Shown here one piece after another: positions 1 through 9,684 of a stretch of DNA of 64,000 nt. A model generated the notes under the pieces. The model had not been told where the DNA came from, searched no databases, and worked only from the letters and a program-made list of their open reading frames with translations. Position 1 is the stretch's first letter; each line of letters starts with the position of its first letter. Source of the stretch: Desulfomicrobium sp. (GTDB lineage: Bacteria > Desulfobacterota > Desulfovibrionia > Desulfovibrionales > Desulfomicrobiaceae); the NCBI GenBank assembly GCA_040768745.1, contig JAXGMI010000002.1, positions 320,001 through 384,000 on the forward strand, read 5' to 3'. Both the position numbers and the translations under genes were made by a program.

Positions 1-1156
1 TGCCACCTCCGATGACCGCTACCTGCTTCCCTTTGAATATGTAGCCGTCACAGGAAGCGCAAAAGGACACCCCTTTGCCCATAAGGCGGTCCTCTCCAGG
101 CACTCCGAGTTTCTTCCATGAAGCCCCGGCAGCGTAAATGACCGCGTCGGCGACATAGACCCGATTCTGGGTAATGACCTCTACGTTTCTGCCGACCTTG
201 ATTTCGCGAACGTCCTGACCGGTCATGACCGGCACGTATTGCTTGGCCTGCTGGTGAATCATGTCCATGAGCATCTTGCCACCGATGTTGATGAACCCCG
301 GATAGTTTTCCACTTCGGGCGTAAGGCTGACCTGCCCGCCTATGATGCCCTTTTCCAGGACCACGGCATCGAGACCTGCCCGTCTGGCGTAGATGCCGGC
401 AGTCAGCCCGGCCGGGCCTGAACCGATGATGACCACGTCACTGGTCCTTACGTCTGGCTCGCCGGTTTCGTCCTCTTCGTGGGCCACATCTTTCGCCTGG
501 TGCAGGGTGACGAGCTGCAGGACGAAGTCCTGCTCCGGCTCCATGCCCACGGTGGAAAAATGTTCCGCATAAACCGTATGCGGAATGGAACCCACGCCAT
601 ATTGCTCGGCGAGATCCGGATTCTGGCCCGTTTCGATGCATTCCGCGTCCACGAGACCAGGTTTTTCAACGGCGGTCCTGATGGCATTGAGGCACTGGCC
701 AGGACAATACGGGCAGGTGGGACTGACAAAAATCTTGATCTGTCTCTGTTCCTGCAGTCCAGCCAGTGTCTTGACGCTGGACTCAGTCAGGTAGCTTTTC
801 CCGTCAGAAGCCATCTTCAGGGCGTGCAGAAAGGCCTGCCCCTCTTCTCCTGCCGGAGCCCCGGTGAAGCGGATGGAATATTTGTCAGGGGCAATGAGTA
901 CGGTCGGAAACCGATGTACAGCATATTCGGCATTGGCCGCGGTGTCGTCCTCATGCAGGTTCAAGGCGATCCGGTCTGACAGCAGCGCCATGTCCTGCAG
1001 CAGTTTCTTCGCGAATTCCCCATAGGCTTCGTTCTGTCCGGATTGCAGAAAAAGATGCACAGGAACCATCCCGGTGAATTCGGCAAGATACGCAGAGAGG
1101 GCTTTGCGTTGATCCTCGGGCAGGAACCACTCGTGGGTTTTGATCGATTGGGACAT
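1..1156 (-). CDS. AhpF-like thioredoxin-disulfide reductase with N-terminal thioredoxin-fold (PDO-like) domain; 3' end runs off the window
   Basis: Not in the ORF track because it is truncated. Hand translation from ATG 1156 (GGAGGT SD): MSQSIKTHEW...FTGAPAGEE...FVSPTCPYCP...DVVIIGSGPAGLTAG...GKGVSFCASCDG..FKGKQVAVIGGG. Confidence 0.85.
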   Translation of the reverse strand, partial: MSQSIKTHEWFLPEDQRKALSAYLAEFTGMVPVHLFLQSGQNEAYGEFAKKLLQDMALLSDRIALNLHEDDTAANAEYAVHRFPTVLIAPDKYSIRFTGAPAGEEGQAFLHALKMASDGKSYLTESSVKTLAGLQEQRQIKIFVSPTCPYCPGQCLNAIRTAVEKPGLVDAECIETGQNPDLAEQYGVGSIPHTVYAEHFSTVGMEPEQDFVLQLVTLHQAKDVAHEEDETGEPDVRTSDVVIIGSGPAGLTAGIYARRAGLDAVVLEKGIIGGQVSLTPEVENYPGFINIGGKMLMDMIHQQAKQYVPVMTGQDVREIKVGRNVEVITQNRVYVADAVIYAAGASWKKLGVPGEDRLMGKGVSFCASCDGYIFKGKQVAVIGGG

Positions 1157-1253
1157 GACAACCTCCAGATGCGGGGCTGGAAAGATGGTTTTTCATGATA
1201 TGCTAACGCCTCGCCGGGAATTGTCAAAGCCTGGCTGGAGAAGAATGGCCCGT

Positions 1254-2336
1254 TCAGGAAACAACGTCCGAGACGGGAGAGGTTACCAGCTTGTATATGT
1301 GTTCGTAATCCGCATGCATGCGCGATGTATCGTGCTGCTGCGCATCGACGTGTCCCTGCTTGGCAAGGGTATTCTGCAGGTGAGGATCGGAGCGCAACCG
1401 GTGCAGTTGAACCGCCAGATCGGCTGGGTCGCCATTACTGAAAACCAACCCGTTTTTGCCCGGCACAACCAGTTCGAGGTTGGCGCGCAGGTCGGAGCAG
1501 ACCACCGGAACACCCGAGGCCCATGCCTCTTTGATGACCCCGCTGGAGCCCTCTCCATGGACCGATGGCACGACGAGGATGTCGAGAAAGGGCAAAACAT
1601 CGGGACTTTCCACATGTCCTTTCCAGACAATGCGCTGCGCAATTCCGTGTTCCGCTGCAAGCGTCCGCAAGGATTTTTCAAGATGGCCAGTCCCCACTAC
1701 CCATATTTCCGGGACGTCGTGCAGAAGTTTCAGGGCCGCGAAAAACTGGGCGTGTCCTTTCTGGGGAGAAAGAGCGCCGATGATCCCGATGCGCCCGATG
1801 TTGCCTTCTCTGCGGAACGAATACCGTTTCAATGAAATGGCGCTGGGAATGACAGCAGTGCGGGAGATCCCCGCCCTGCGCACCACTGCTTCCACGTCCC
1901 TGCTGACACATACGACCGTGTCGCCGAGAGCATATTTCCAGCGGCTCCAGCCCTGGCCAAGGGCGTAGGAGACGCGCCTGGTGTGCACCAGGAAAAAATC
2001 CCGCCGCATCAAGGCGACAAGTCCCCCCAGAGAGGCGGCACGGGCGTCATGGGTATGCAGGAGTGCGGAGGGCTTGAGTGCCCTGGACAAGGCGAAGAGG
2101 TTGCGAGGAGCGAAGTCCCAACGGCATGGCAAGGCCAGGATGGGGATACCCTCCTTGCAGGCCGCGTCCAGAATGGGTGCGGTCCGGGGAGAGGCAATGC
2201 GTGTCTGCATCCCTGCCTGGAGCTGCTCCATGGCCAGATAGAGGACCTGCCGTTGCCCGCCGCGCAATTCGCATCCCAGGTCCAGATGTGTGACCGCCGG
2301 GCCTGTTCCACGAAAATCGCCGAGGGGTTTTGTCAT
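1254..2336 (-). CDS. Glycosyltransferase family 4 (GT-B)
   Basis: LRGGQRQV, HTHDARA, QKGHAQF, EGSSGVIKEAWASGVPVV motifs; ATGA overlap with upstream gene stop. Confidence 0.85.
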   Translation of the reverse strand: MTKPLGDFRGTGPAVTHLDLGCELRGGQRQVLYLAMEQLQAGMQTRIASPRTAPILDAACKEGIPILALPCRWDFAPRNLFALSRALKPSALLHTHDARAASLGGLVALMRRDFFLVHTRRVSYALGQGWSRWKYALGDTVVCVSRDVEAVVRRAGISRTAVIPSAISLKRYSFRREGNIGRIGIIGALSPQKGHAQFFAALKLLHDVPEIWVVGTGHLEKSLRTLAAEHGIAQRIVWKGHVESPDVLPFLDILVVPSVHGEGSSGVIKEAWASGVPVVCSDLRANLELVVPGKNGLVFSNGDPADLAVQLHRLRSDPHLQNTLAKQGHVDAQQHDTSRMHADYEHIYKLVTSPVSDVVS

Positions 2337-3283
2337 GTGCATGCAAGAGGATGGGCATGGGCCCTGCGGTCGGCCACGAGGAGTGCCCGCAATCGCCGGC
2401 TGACCGGACCGGGCTGCCCGTCGCCGATCACGCGCCCGTTGTAACGGACTACGCTGACCGCGTCGATGCTCGTACCGAGCAAGATGATCTCCCGGCAGGC
2501 ATATAGCTCTTCCTCCGGCACTGGTCGGGTGATGGCGGGGGTGAATTGCTGCGCCAGATGCATGGCCCGGGCCAGGGTGGTCCCGGTCAGGGCGTTTTTC
2601 AGTTCCGGAACGACAAAGAACCCCTCATGGTCCACAAGGACCGCGTTCTCCGTCGATCCCTCAGCCAAAAACCCCTCCTCATCGAAACACAGGGGGTAAT
2701 CCGCTCCCTGCTCGACAGCGTCCATCTTCATCAGCACATTGGGCAGGTAATTGACACTCTTGATTTTGGACATCCATCCCTGCTTGGCAGGGATGCGGGT
2801 GCGCACAGCGCTGACGCCCTTTTCCCAGAAGGCTTCCGACTTGCAAGCGAAACGTTTGGCCACGATATAGAGGCTTGGCGAGGGGCACTCGCGGGTATCC
2901 AGGGTGAATCCGCCGGGGCCGCGCCCCAGAAAGATGAGCGCATTACCGGCGCTGGCGCCGCTGGCCAAGCAGACCTGCCGCACCAGCGCGTTCAGTTCAG
3001 CTGCGCTGACCGGAAAAGCGAGGTTGATGGCCTGGGCTGAACGGGCCAGGCGATGGATATGCTCGTCCAGTTGATAGATGGCCCCATCTTCGAAGCGTAA
3101 CGCCTCGAACACCCCGTCACCTCGATGGACTAGGTGGTCGTCCAGGGGTATGAGCATCAACCTGGGGTTGGTGAAAATCGCGCCCAGCCGATGATCGTAA
3201 AAGGCCAGGGTATTCTCTTCGCCTGGACGGGGAAGCGTGCGCACACGTTCCCAAAAAAAATCCTCGGTACCTATCTCGACCAT
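2333..3283 (-). CDS. PLP-dependent class IV aminotransferase (branched-chain/D-amino acid aminotransferase or ADC lyase family)
   Basis: HRGDGVFEAL, KSVNYL (PLP lysine), LAEGSTEN, LTGTT, IGDGQPGPV. Confidence 0.88.
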   Translation of the reverse strand: MVEIGTEDFFWERVRTLPRPGEENTLAFYDHRLGAIFTNPRLMLIPLDDHLVHRGDGVFEALRFEDGAIYQLDEHIHRLARSAQAINLAFPVSAAELNALVRQVCLASGASAGNALIFLGRGPGGFTLDTRECPSPSLYIVAKRFACKSEAFWEKGVSAVRTRIPAKQGWMSKIKSVNYLPNVLMKMDAVEQGADYPLCFDEEGFLAEGSTENAVLVDHEGFFVVPELKNALTGTTLARAMHLAQQFTPAITRPVPEEELYACREIILLGTSIDAVSVVRYNGRVIGDGQPGPVSRRLRALLVADRRAHAHPLACT

Positions 3284-3366
3284 GTTCTCTCCTGCCCTGC
3301 TCGCAAAACACGCCCCAAGCCGTCTCCGGGTCGGGGCGTGCGCAGAAAGAAAATCGACAAAATGAA

Positions 3367-4392
3367 TCAGGGAACGCGGAGCAGATTCCGTTGCAGCAGA
3401 ACTTCGGCAATCTGTACTGTATTGAGGGCTGCGCCCTTGCGGATGTTGTCTGCCACGATGAACATGTTCAACCCGTTGGCAATACTCTCATCCTCACGGA
3501 TGCGCCCCACAAAGGTTTCGTCCATGCCGGCCGCCACAATGGGCATGGGATAGATCTTCTCGCCAGGGTTGTCGTAGACGCGTACGCCCGGCGCCTGGGA
3601 CAAGATGGCCCGGGCCTCTTTGGAGGTCAGCTTTTTTTCTGTTTCGATGTTCACGCTTTCGCTGTGACCATAGAAGACGGGCACACGTACCGTGGTGGCC
3701 GTGACCCGTATAGAATCGTCACCCATGATCTTCTTGGTCTCATGGACCATTTTCATTTCTTCTTTGGTATATTCATTGTCCAGGAAAACGTCGATCTGGG
3801 GCAGGCAGTTGAATGCGATGCGGTGCGGATAGACGTTGCACACGGCGTCCTGGCCGTTGAAAAGCTGCCGCACCTGGGTCTCCAACTCGACAATGGCCTT
3901 TTGTCCTGTTCCTGACACAGCTTGATAGGTGGATACGACAATGCGCTTGATTTTGGCTGCGTCGTGCAGGGGCTTCAAAGCCACGACCATCTGGATGGTC
4001 GAACAGTTGGGGTTGGCGATAATGCCTTTGTGCCAGGCTAGGTCGTCAGGATTGACCTCTGGCACGACCAGGGGCACAGCCGGATCCATTCGCCAGGCAC
4101 TGGAATTATCCACCACCACGCAACCGGATTTGACCGCGCAGGGGGCGTATTTCTCTGAAGTGGAACCGCCGGCGGAAAACAGGGCCAAGTCCACACCCTC
4201 AAAAGATTTTTCGGTCAGTTCCTGAACCGTGAGTCTGGAGGATCCGAACTCCAAGGCGTTGCCGGCGGAACGGGAAGAAGCCAGAGCCCGCACCTCAGCG
4301 TGGGGGAAATTTCTGCGCTTAAGGGTCTCGAGCATTTCCCTGCCCACGGCGCCTGTCGCACCAACCACAGCCACAACTGGATTCTTTTTCAT
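3367..4392 (-). CDS. asd: Aspartate-semialdehyde dehydrogenase
   Basis: VVGATGAVG, DNSSAWRM, IANPNCST, RVPVFYGHS, DNIRKGAALN; start reset to the ATG after a GGAGG SD. Confidence 0.97.
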   Translation of the reverse strand: MKKNPVVAVVGATGAVGREMLETLKRRNFPHAEVRALASSRSAGNALEFGSSRLTVQELTEKSFEGVDLALFSAGGSTSEKYAPCAVKSGCVVVDNSSAWRMDPAVPLVVPEVNPDDLAWHKGIIANPNCSTIQMVVALKPLHDAAKIKRIVVSTYQAVSGTGQKAIVELETQVRQLFNGQDAVCNVYPHRIAFNCLPQIDVFLDNEYTKEEMKMVHETKKIMGDDSIRVTATTVRVPVFYGHSESVNIETEKKLTSKEARAILSQAPGVRVYDNPGEKIYPMPIVAAGMDETFVGRIREDESIANGLNMFIVADNIRKGAALNTVQIAEVLLQRNLLRVP

Positions 4393-4408
4393 CATCGCCT
4401 CCAAAAAG

Positions 4409-5296
4409 TTACTGGCGTCCGTCCCGGAGACTGAAATCCCTCCAGATTTCCAGGCAGGTATCGGCTTTGTTGAGAGTGTAGAGATGCACCCCGGGGGCCC
4501 CGCGGTCAAGCAGATTTCGGACCTGGGCCTTGGCATAGCCAAGCCCGAGGCCGCGCACGCCGCTTTCCCCGTAGGTTGCCTGAACATGTTCGAGATCCCG
4601 CATGAACCCCTCCGGCACGGTGGCGCCACAGAAGGACAGCATGCGTTTCAGAGCCGGCAGGTTCTGGACCGGCAGGATGCCAGGGATGATGGGCACGTTT
4701 ATGCCTATTGCTCGAGCCCTGCCCACGAAATCGAAATAGGCGTCGTTGTCGAAAAAAAGCTGGGTGATGATGAAATCCGCCCCGCTGTCAACCTTGTGTC
4801 GCAGATGCTGCAGGTCTTTCTCCGCGGATGCGGCCTCGGGGTGTTTCTCAGGGTACCCCGCCACGCCGATGCTGAACGATGGAAAGTCCTTGCGGATGAA
4901 GCTTACCAGGTCGCTCCCATGCTGGAAATCGTCGCTGTCCGGAACAAAGGCCGTCTCTCCGCGGGGGGGATCCCCACGCAAGGCCAGCACGTTGTCCACC
5001 CTCGCTTCGTTCAAGCCCCGCATAAACGAGGCAAGACGGGCCACATCGGCGCCGACGCAGGTCAGGTGGGCCAGGGGCTCCAGGCCGTATTCCTGTTTCA
5101 TGCGGGCCACGATTTCAAGGGTGTTATGCTGGGTGCTCCCGCCCGCGCCGTAGGTCACTGAACAAAAAAGTGGGGCCAGGGTCTTCAGCTGACGCACCAC
5201 ATCGAAAAAGCCGGGCCATTGTCCGCGGTCCTTGGGAGGAAAGAATTCCAAAGACAAGAAGGGTTCCTGCCGGTTCAGCAGTGAGCCGATATGCAC
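4409..5296 (-). CDS. metF: 5,10-methylenetetrahydrofolate reductase
   Basis: SLEFFPPK, SVTYGAGGS, AHLTC, LALRGDPP, AGYPEKHP, ITQLFFD, HLYTLN. Confidence 0.95.
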   Translation of the reverse strand: MHIGSLLNRQEPFLSLEFFPPKDRGQWPGFFDVVRQLKTLAPLFCSVTYGAGGSTQHNTLEIVARMKQEYGLEPLAHLTCVGADVARLASFMRGLNEARVDNVLALRGDPPRGETAFVPDSDDFQHGSDLVSFIRKDFPSFSIGVAGYPEKHPEAASAEKDLQHLRHKVDSGADFIITQLFFDNDAYFDFVGRARAIGINVPIIPGILPVQNLPALKRMLSFCGATVPEGFMRDLEHVQATYGESGVRGLGLGYAKAQVRNLLDRGAPGVHLYTLNKADTCLEIWRDFSLRDGRQ

Positions 5297-5315
5297 GAGC
5301 TGTCCTCCTTCCTGG

Positions 5316-6521
5316 TCAGGCCACTGTCTCGGCGATAGAGAAGATGGGTAAGTACATGCTTATGACCAGGCCGCCGACCACGACGCCCAGGAACACAATC
5401 ATGACTGGCTCTATCAGCGAAGTCAGCGCGTCCACCGCCACATCCACCTCGTCGTCATAGAAATCTGCGATCTTGCTCAGCATGGAATCCAGGGCGCCCG
5501 TTGTTTCACCGATTGAGATCATGTGGATGACCATGGGTGGGAACACGCCAGTGTCATCCAGAGGTTCAGCCAGGGTCTGGCCTTCGGCGATGGATTTTTT
5601 GGCTTCGAGCACCCCCAGTTCCACAGTCTTGTTGCCGGAAGTGCGCGAAACGATGTCCAGGGCGTTCAGGATGGGCACGCCGCTGGAAACCATTGTCGAG
5701 AGGGTGCGGCTGAACTTGGCCACCGCAGCCTTGCGCAGGAGTGGCCCGAAAATGGGGGTGAACAGAACCCAGCGGTCCACCAGGATCTGCCCTTTTTCCC
5801 ATTTATAGAAGAATCGGAAGGCTATGATAAAGGCAACGATGCAACCCAGCAGGAGAAGGAAATGGTTTGTGACGAACCTGCTCAGATCGATGACGAATTG
5901 GGTGGGTGCCGGGAGACTGGAGCCGAAATCGCGGAACATCGTCTCGAAGGTGGGTATGACAAAGATGAGGATGATGGCGATGACCGCAACGGCCACGGTC
6001 ACAACCACGCCGGGATAGATCATGGCACTCTTGATCTTTGCCTTGAGCTTGGCCGCCTTTTCAATGTATTCGGCCAGACGGAGCAGGACTTGATCCAGAA
6101 TACCGCCGGTTTCACCGGCGTTGACCATGTTCGTGTACAGTGCGTCGAATACGTCCGGATGCTTTTTCAGTCCCTCATAGAGCGAGCTGCCGCCTTCGAT
6201 GTCGTTGCGAATGGAGTAGAGCTTGCGGCGCAGCTTGGAATTTTCTGTCTGTTCGCACATGATCTGCAAGGCCTGCAGGATGGGCACGCCGGCATTGATC
6301 ATGGTCGCGAATTGGCGGCTGAAAACCACCATGTCGCGCGCCGCCACGCCGCCCTCGAGAAAGGTGCCCTCCAGCAGGTCCTTGGGTTTGGGCTTGACCC
6401 GGACATCGACATAGCCTTTACGCCGCAGGACATTTTCAGCAAACTCAATGCTGGGAGCGTCCAGGTCTCCCTTCAGTCTCCTTCCGCCACGAGATTTTGC
6501 CTTGTAAATGAATAAGGGCAT
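5316..6521 (-). CDS. pilC: Type IV pilus platform protein PilC (GspF family)
   Basis: FSRQFATMINAGVP, AGETGG, SAMIYP, IGETTG, SMYLPIF. Confidence 0.93.
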   Translation of the reverse strand: MPLFIYKAKSRGGRRLKGDLDAPSIEFAENVLRRKGYVDVRVKPKPKDLLEGTFLEGGVAARDMVVFSRQFATMINAGVPILQALQIMCEQTENSKLRRKLYSIRNDIEGGSSLYEGLKKHPDVFDALYTNMVNAGETGGILDQVLLRLAEYIEKAAKLKAKIKSAMIYPGVVVTVAVAVIAIILIFVIPTFETMFRDFGSSLPAPTQFVIDLSRFVTNHFLLLLGCIVAFIIAFRFFYKWEKGQILVDRWVLFTPIFGPLLRKAAVAKFSRTLSTMVSSGVPILNALDIVSRTSGNKTVELGVLEAKKSIAEGQTLAEPLDDTGVFPPMVIHMISIGETTGALDSMLSKIADFYDDEVDVAVDALTSLIEPVMIVFLGVVVGGLVISMYLPIFSIAETVA

Positions 6522-6584
6522 AGAGGTCCTCCAGATGTGGGATCTGAAAAAAAAATCCAACCACGATGAAACGTCGCTTCCGTG

Positions 6585-6983
6585 TCAAGGCGCCTGTCGT
6601 GGCAGAGGAAGTTCAGCGAGAATTTCCTCATCCGCGGGCAGGAATGCAAAGGATTCCGCTTCGTCAAGGGTCAGCCACGCTATTTCCTGCCCTTCCCTGG
6701 GCGTCGGAGTGCCGGAAAATTCCGTCACCAGATGAAAAAAGAGTCGGATTGCGTGTTCCTTACTTTTTTTTTCCTTTATTTTCCAGAGGGAAAAAGCAAG
6801 GGCAGCAATGGAGAGTTCCTCTTCCAGCTCTCGTCGCAGAGCCTGGTTCAGGGACTCTCCGCTCTCGACCTTGCCGCCAGGAAATTCCCAAAACCCGGAC
6901 CAGGTCATGCGTGAAGAACGTCTGGCAGCCAGAAATCTGTTCCCCTTGATGATAACCCCGGCCACGACGTCGATGGTCTGCAT
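6585..6983 (-). CDS. MutT-like NUDIX (d)NTP pyrophosphohydrolase
   Basis: WEFPGGKVESGESLNQALRRELEEEL Nudix box; REGQ..W..FLPAD tail. Confidence 0.88.
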   Translation of the reverse strand: MQTIDVVAGVIIKGNRFLAARRSSRMTWSGFWEFPGGKVESGESLNQALRRELEEELSIAALAFSLWKIKEKKSKEHAIRLFFHLVTEFSGTPTPREGQEIAWLTLDEAESFAFLPADEEILAELPLPRQAP

Positions 6984-8929
6984 TATGTCTCGACTCTCTG
7001 CTCTTCCAGTTCCTGCAGCTCCTTTTCCAGATAGGCCAGGTCGCCCATGACCTCTTCTGCCTTGACCTGCAGCGCCGAAAAACGCTGTCCCAGTTCACGG
7101 GCTGCCTGCGCGTCCCCATAGGTCCCCGGATCGGCCAGCTGGCGCTCAAGGGAATCCTGCTCTGCAAGATTGGCTTCGAGTTCAGCCTCGAGCCGCTCAT
7201 ATTTTTTTCTGAGCGGCTTCATTTGCTGGTAAACCCGGTTGCGGATTTCCGCTGCTTCCCGCTTCTTCTGCTTCTGGTCCTGCCGGACGGCCCGTTCGAT
7301 CCTGGAAGGAGGGTTCTGACTGGCTTCCTGCACCTTTTTGCGCTCATGATATTCGTCAAAACCGCAATTGTGCTCAACGATGCCATTGGGATGAAGCTCC
7401 CAAATTTCGTTGACTACCTCTGACAGCAAATAGCGGTCGTGGGCCACCACCAGCATGGTTCCCGCGTAGGCGCCCAGGGCTTCGATTAGCGCCTCGCGGC
7501 TTTCGATATCGAGATGGTTGGTTGGTTCGTCCAGAATCAAAAAATTGGCCCGGCTGAGAAAAAGGGTGCTCAGCACAAGGCGATTTTTTTCTCCCCCGCT
7601 CAGGTCCTGGACCTTCTTATCCCAGTAGCGCTCACCAAGCAGGAAAAGACCCAACACGGATTTGAGTTGAAAATCGCTGCTCGACGGAGAGGCCAGGCGT
7701 TTGATTTCAGACATGATCGTGAAGGACGGACGCAGGATGTCGGTCTGATGCTGGCTGAAATAGCCCGTCGTAATGCTGGAGCCCAGGTTGACCTTGCCGC
7801 TGCTGGGCTGCAGACTGCCGGTAATGAGCTTGATGAGCGTCGACTTGCCGCGTCCATTGGGCCCTACCAGACCGATTTTCTGACCCCTGTAGATGTGAAA
7901 ATTCAGACCTGAAAACAGGGGTGCATCAGGAAAAGAAAACGACAGGTCCACTGCTGAGAGCACGGTCTGGTTGCCGCGTTCCGGCTCTGGCCAGCTGAAG
8001 GACAAGGTGCGGGTGCGGGCCTCAGGTGTCAGACTCTCGAGTTCATTTTGCAGTTTGTTGATCTGGCCCAGGCGGCTTTGGGCCTGTCGGGCCTTGGTGG
8101 CCTTATAGCGAAAACGGTCTACAAAGGCCTGTTTCTTTCCAATTTCGGCCCGTAACTTCTCGGCTTGTCGTCTGGCCTGCTCGCTGCGTTCGGCGTACCA
8201 TTCCAGAAATTGAGAAAAATTTCCGTCCCGAAGAACGGGCCTCTCCCCTCCGAGAAAAAGGATCCGGTTGGCGGCGTGATCAAGAAAATAGCGGTCATGG
8301 GCCACAAAGACCAGAACGCCCTGGAAGCCCTGGACGTAGGATTCGAGCCATTCCACTGCTTCAAGATCAAGGTGGTTGGTGGGTTCGTCCAGAAAGAGGA
8401 TGTCCGCCCCCTCCACCAATACCCTGGCCAATTTCGCCCGCTCGCGCCATCCGCCGCTCAATTCCCCTATCCGCCGGCCAAAGGCAGACGGAGAGAATCC
8501 CAGACCCTGCAAAATAGCATGAGCCCTGTGTTCAGGATTATACCCGTACTGCAGTTCCAATTCCTCCTGACGTTGGTGCAGTCGGATCAGAGATGCGTCA
8601 TCGCCTGCCTTGAGGGCCTGTCTCCAATCCCGCCAAAATTCACTCCAGGACGGGAGCACCTCCAGAACAAAGTCTTCCAACTTCTTCTCCAGATCGGCTC
8701 CGAGCAATTCCTGATGAACGAACCCGACCTGGGATCCTTTGGGCATGGTCACCTTGCCGCTGTCCGGAGCAACCTCGCCGGCCATGATCTTGAGCAACGT
8801 GGACTTGCCGCACCCATTGGGTCCTACCAGGGCCAGCCGGGTTCCGGAATGAATCTCCATGGACAGCCCCGTGAACAGATCCACCCCGGAATAGGACTTG
8901 GAAACGGCTTGTACAGTGATTTTGGACAT
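6983..8929 (-). CDS. ABC-F family ATPase (ribosome-associated, YheS/Uup-like)
   Basis: Two ABC domains (GPNGCGKST, LSGGW, LDEPTNHLD twice), no TM segments, C-terminal coiled coil. Confidence 0.92.
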   Translation of the reverse strand: MSKITVQAVSKSYSGVDLFTGLSMEIHSGTRLALVGPNGCGKSTLLKIMAGEVAPDSGKVTMPKGSQVGFVHQELLGADLEKKLEDFVLEVLPSWSEFWRDWRQALKAGDDASLIRLHQRQEELELQYGYNPEHRAHAILQGLGFSPSAFGRRIGELSGGWRERAKLARVLVEGADILFLDEPTNHLDLEAVEWLESYVQGFQGVLVFVAHDRYFLDHAANRILFLGGERPVLRDGNFSQFLEWYAERSEQARRQAEKLRAEIGKKQAFVDRFRYKATKARQAQSRLGQINKLQNELESLTPEARTRTLSFSWPEPERGNQTVLSAVDLSFSFPDAPLFSGLNFHIYRGQKIGLVGPNGRGKSTLIKLITGSLQPSSGKVNLGSSITTGYFSQHQTDILRPSFTIMSEIKRLASPSSSDFQLKSVLGLFLLGERYWDKKVQDLSGGEKNRLVLSTLFLSRANFLILDEPTNHLDIESREALIEALGAYAGTMLVVAHDRYLLSEVVNEIWELHPNGIVEHNCGFDEYHERKKVQEASQNPPSRIERAVRQDQKQKKREAAEIRNRVYQQMKPLRKKYERLEAELEANLAEQDSLERQLADPGTYGDAQAARELGQRFSALQVKAEEVMGDLAYLEKELQELEEQRVET

Positions 8930-9351
8930 TATTCTGCTTCGAAAAAGATGGACATCTGGGTCATGAGGGAATTGATGGATTTGATGAACATGTCTTCAGA
9001 AAACTCCGAGGCGACAAATTTCGTCTGCAGCATGAGGAACTCCTCCTGTTCCTCACCCAGGGGAGGGGTGATGGTCAGGGAAGCGCCGAGCAGATCTCCG
9101 TTGATGGTCAGCAGGTCCATGAGGTCTTCCCTGCTTACCTCTTCGATGGCCCCAAGGGACAAGGAGATGGTCACGGTGGGCACGTCGAGGGTGCCCTGAT
9201 TGGACTCCAGGGAGACAAAACCGCTGGCATCGTCTTCCAGCTCGAAGCCCCATAACGCTCCATCCTCGGTGGGCTGTGAGAGCTGATCGAATTCAGTGGC
9301 GACTTTGCGCAGTACATTTTCGACGTCTCGGGAAAACCGTATGAGATCCAT
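8929..9351 (-). CDS. Small acidic hypothetical protein, possible YbjN/CesT-like fold
   Basis: ATG 9351 after GAGGAGG SD; 140 aa, acidic; stop overlaps the ABC-F start. Confidence 0.65.
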   Translation of the reverse strand: MDLIRFSRDVENVLRKVATEFDQLSQPTEDGALWGFELEDDASGFVSLESNQGTLDVPTVTISLSLGAIEEVSREDLMDLLTINGDLLGASLTITPPLGEEQEEFLMLQTKFVASEFSEDMFIKSINSLMTQMSIFFEAE

Positions 9352-9684
9352 GTGACACCTCCTCGGGGTGCTTCGTGTGGAGCGGGCCACCAATCGGCCC
9401 GCTCATGGGGGTGTGATTGTGACCAGCGAAAGAATGGACGCTGGCACAGTGTCAAGGCCATGCTTTTCCTTTTGCGCGTCGGAACCCCGGCCAGATATCG
9501 ATGGCCATGCTTCAGCGATCGTCAGGAAGGGCAAAAACCCATGCCTCTTGGGAAACGGGCTGTCATAAAACGGTGCGAACCGCCTGACAAGCCCTATACC
9601 GCCCAAAGCCTCGGGCTGATGTCTGGGTTGTGAAGTGGCCTCGAGGCCGATCTGTCACACGAGTCTGCCCAGCAGTGAGGGGGA

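Noticed and set aside
9500..9680. c-di-GMP-I riboswitch (GGGCAAAA and ATGACAGCC-like pieces)
   Set aside because: The pieces are on opposite strands and the GAAA/ACGCAAAG core is missing
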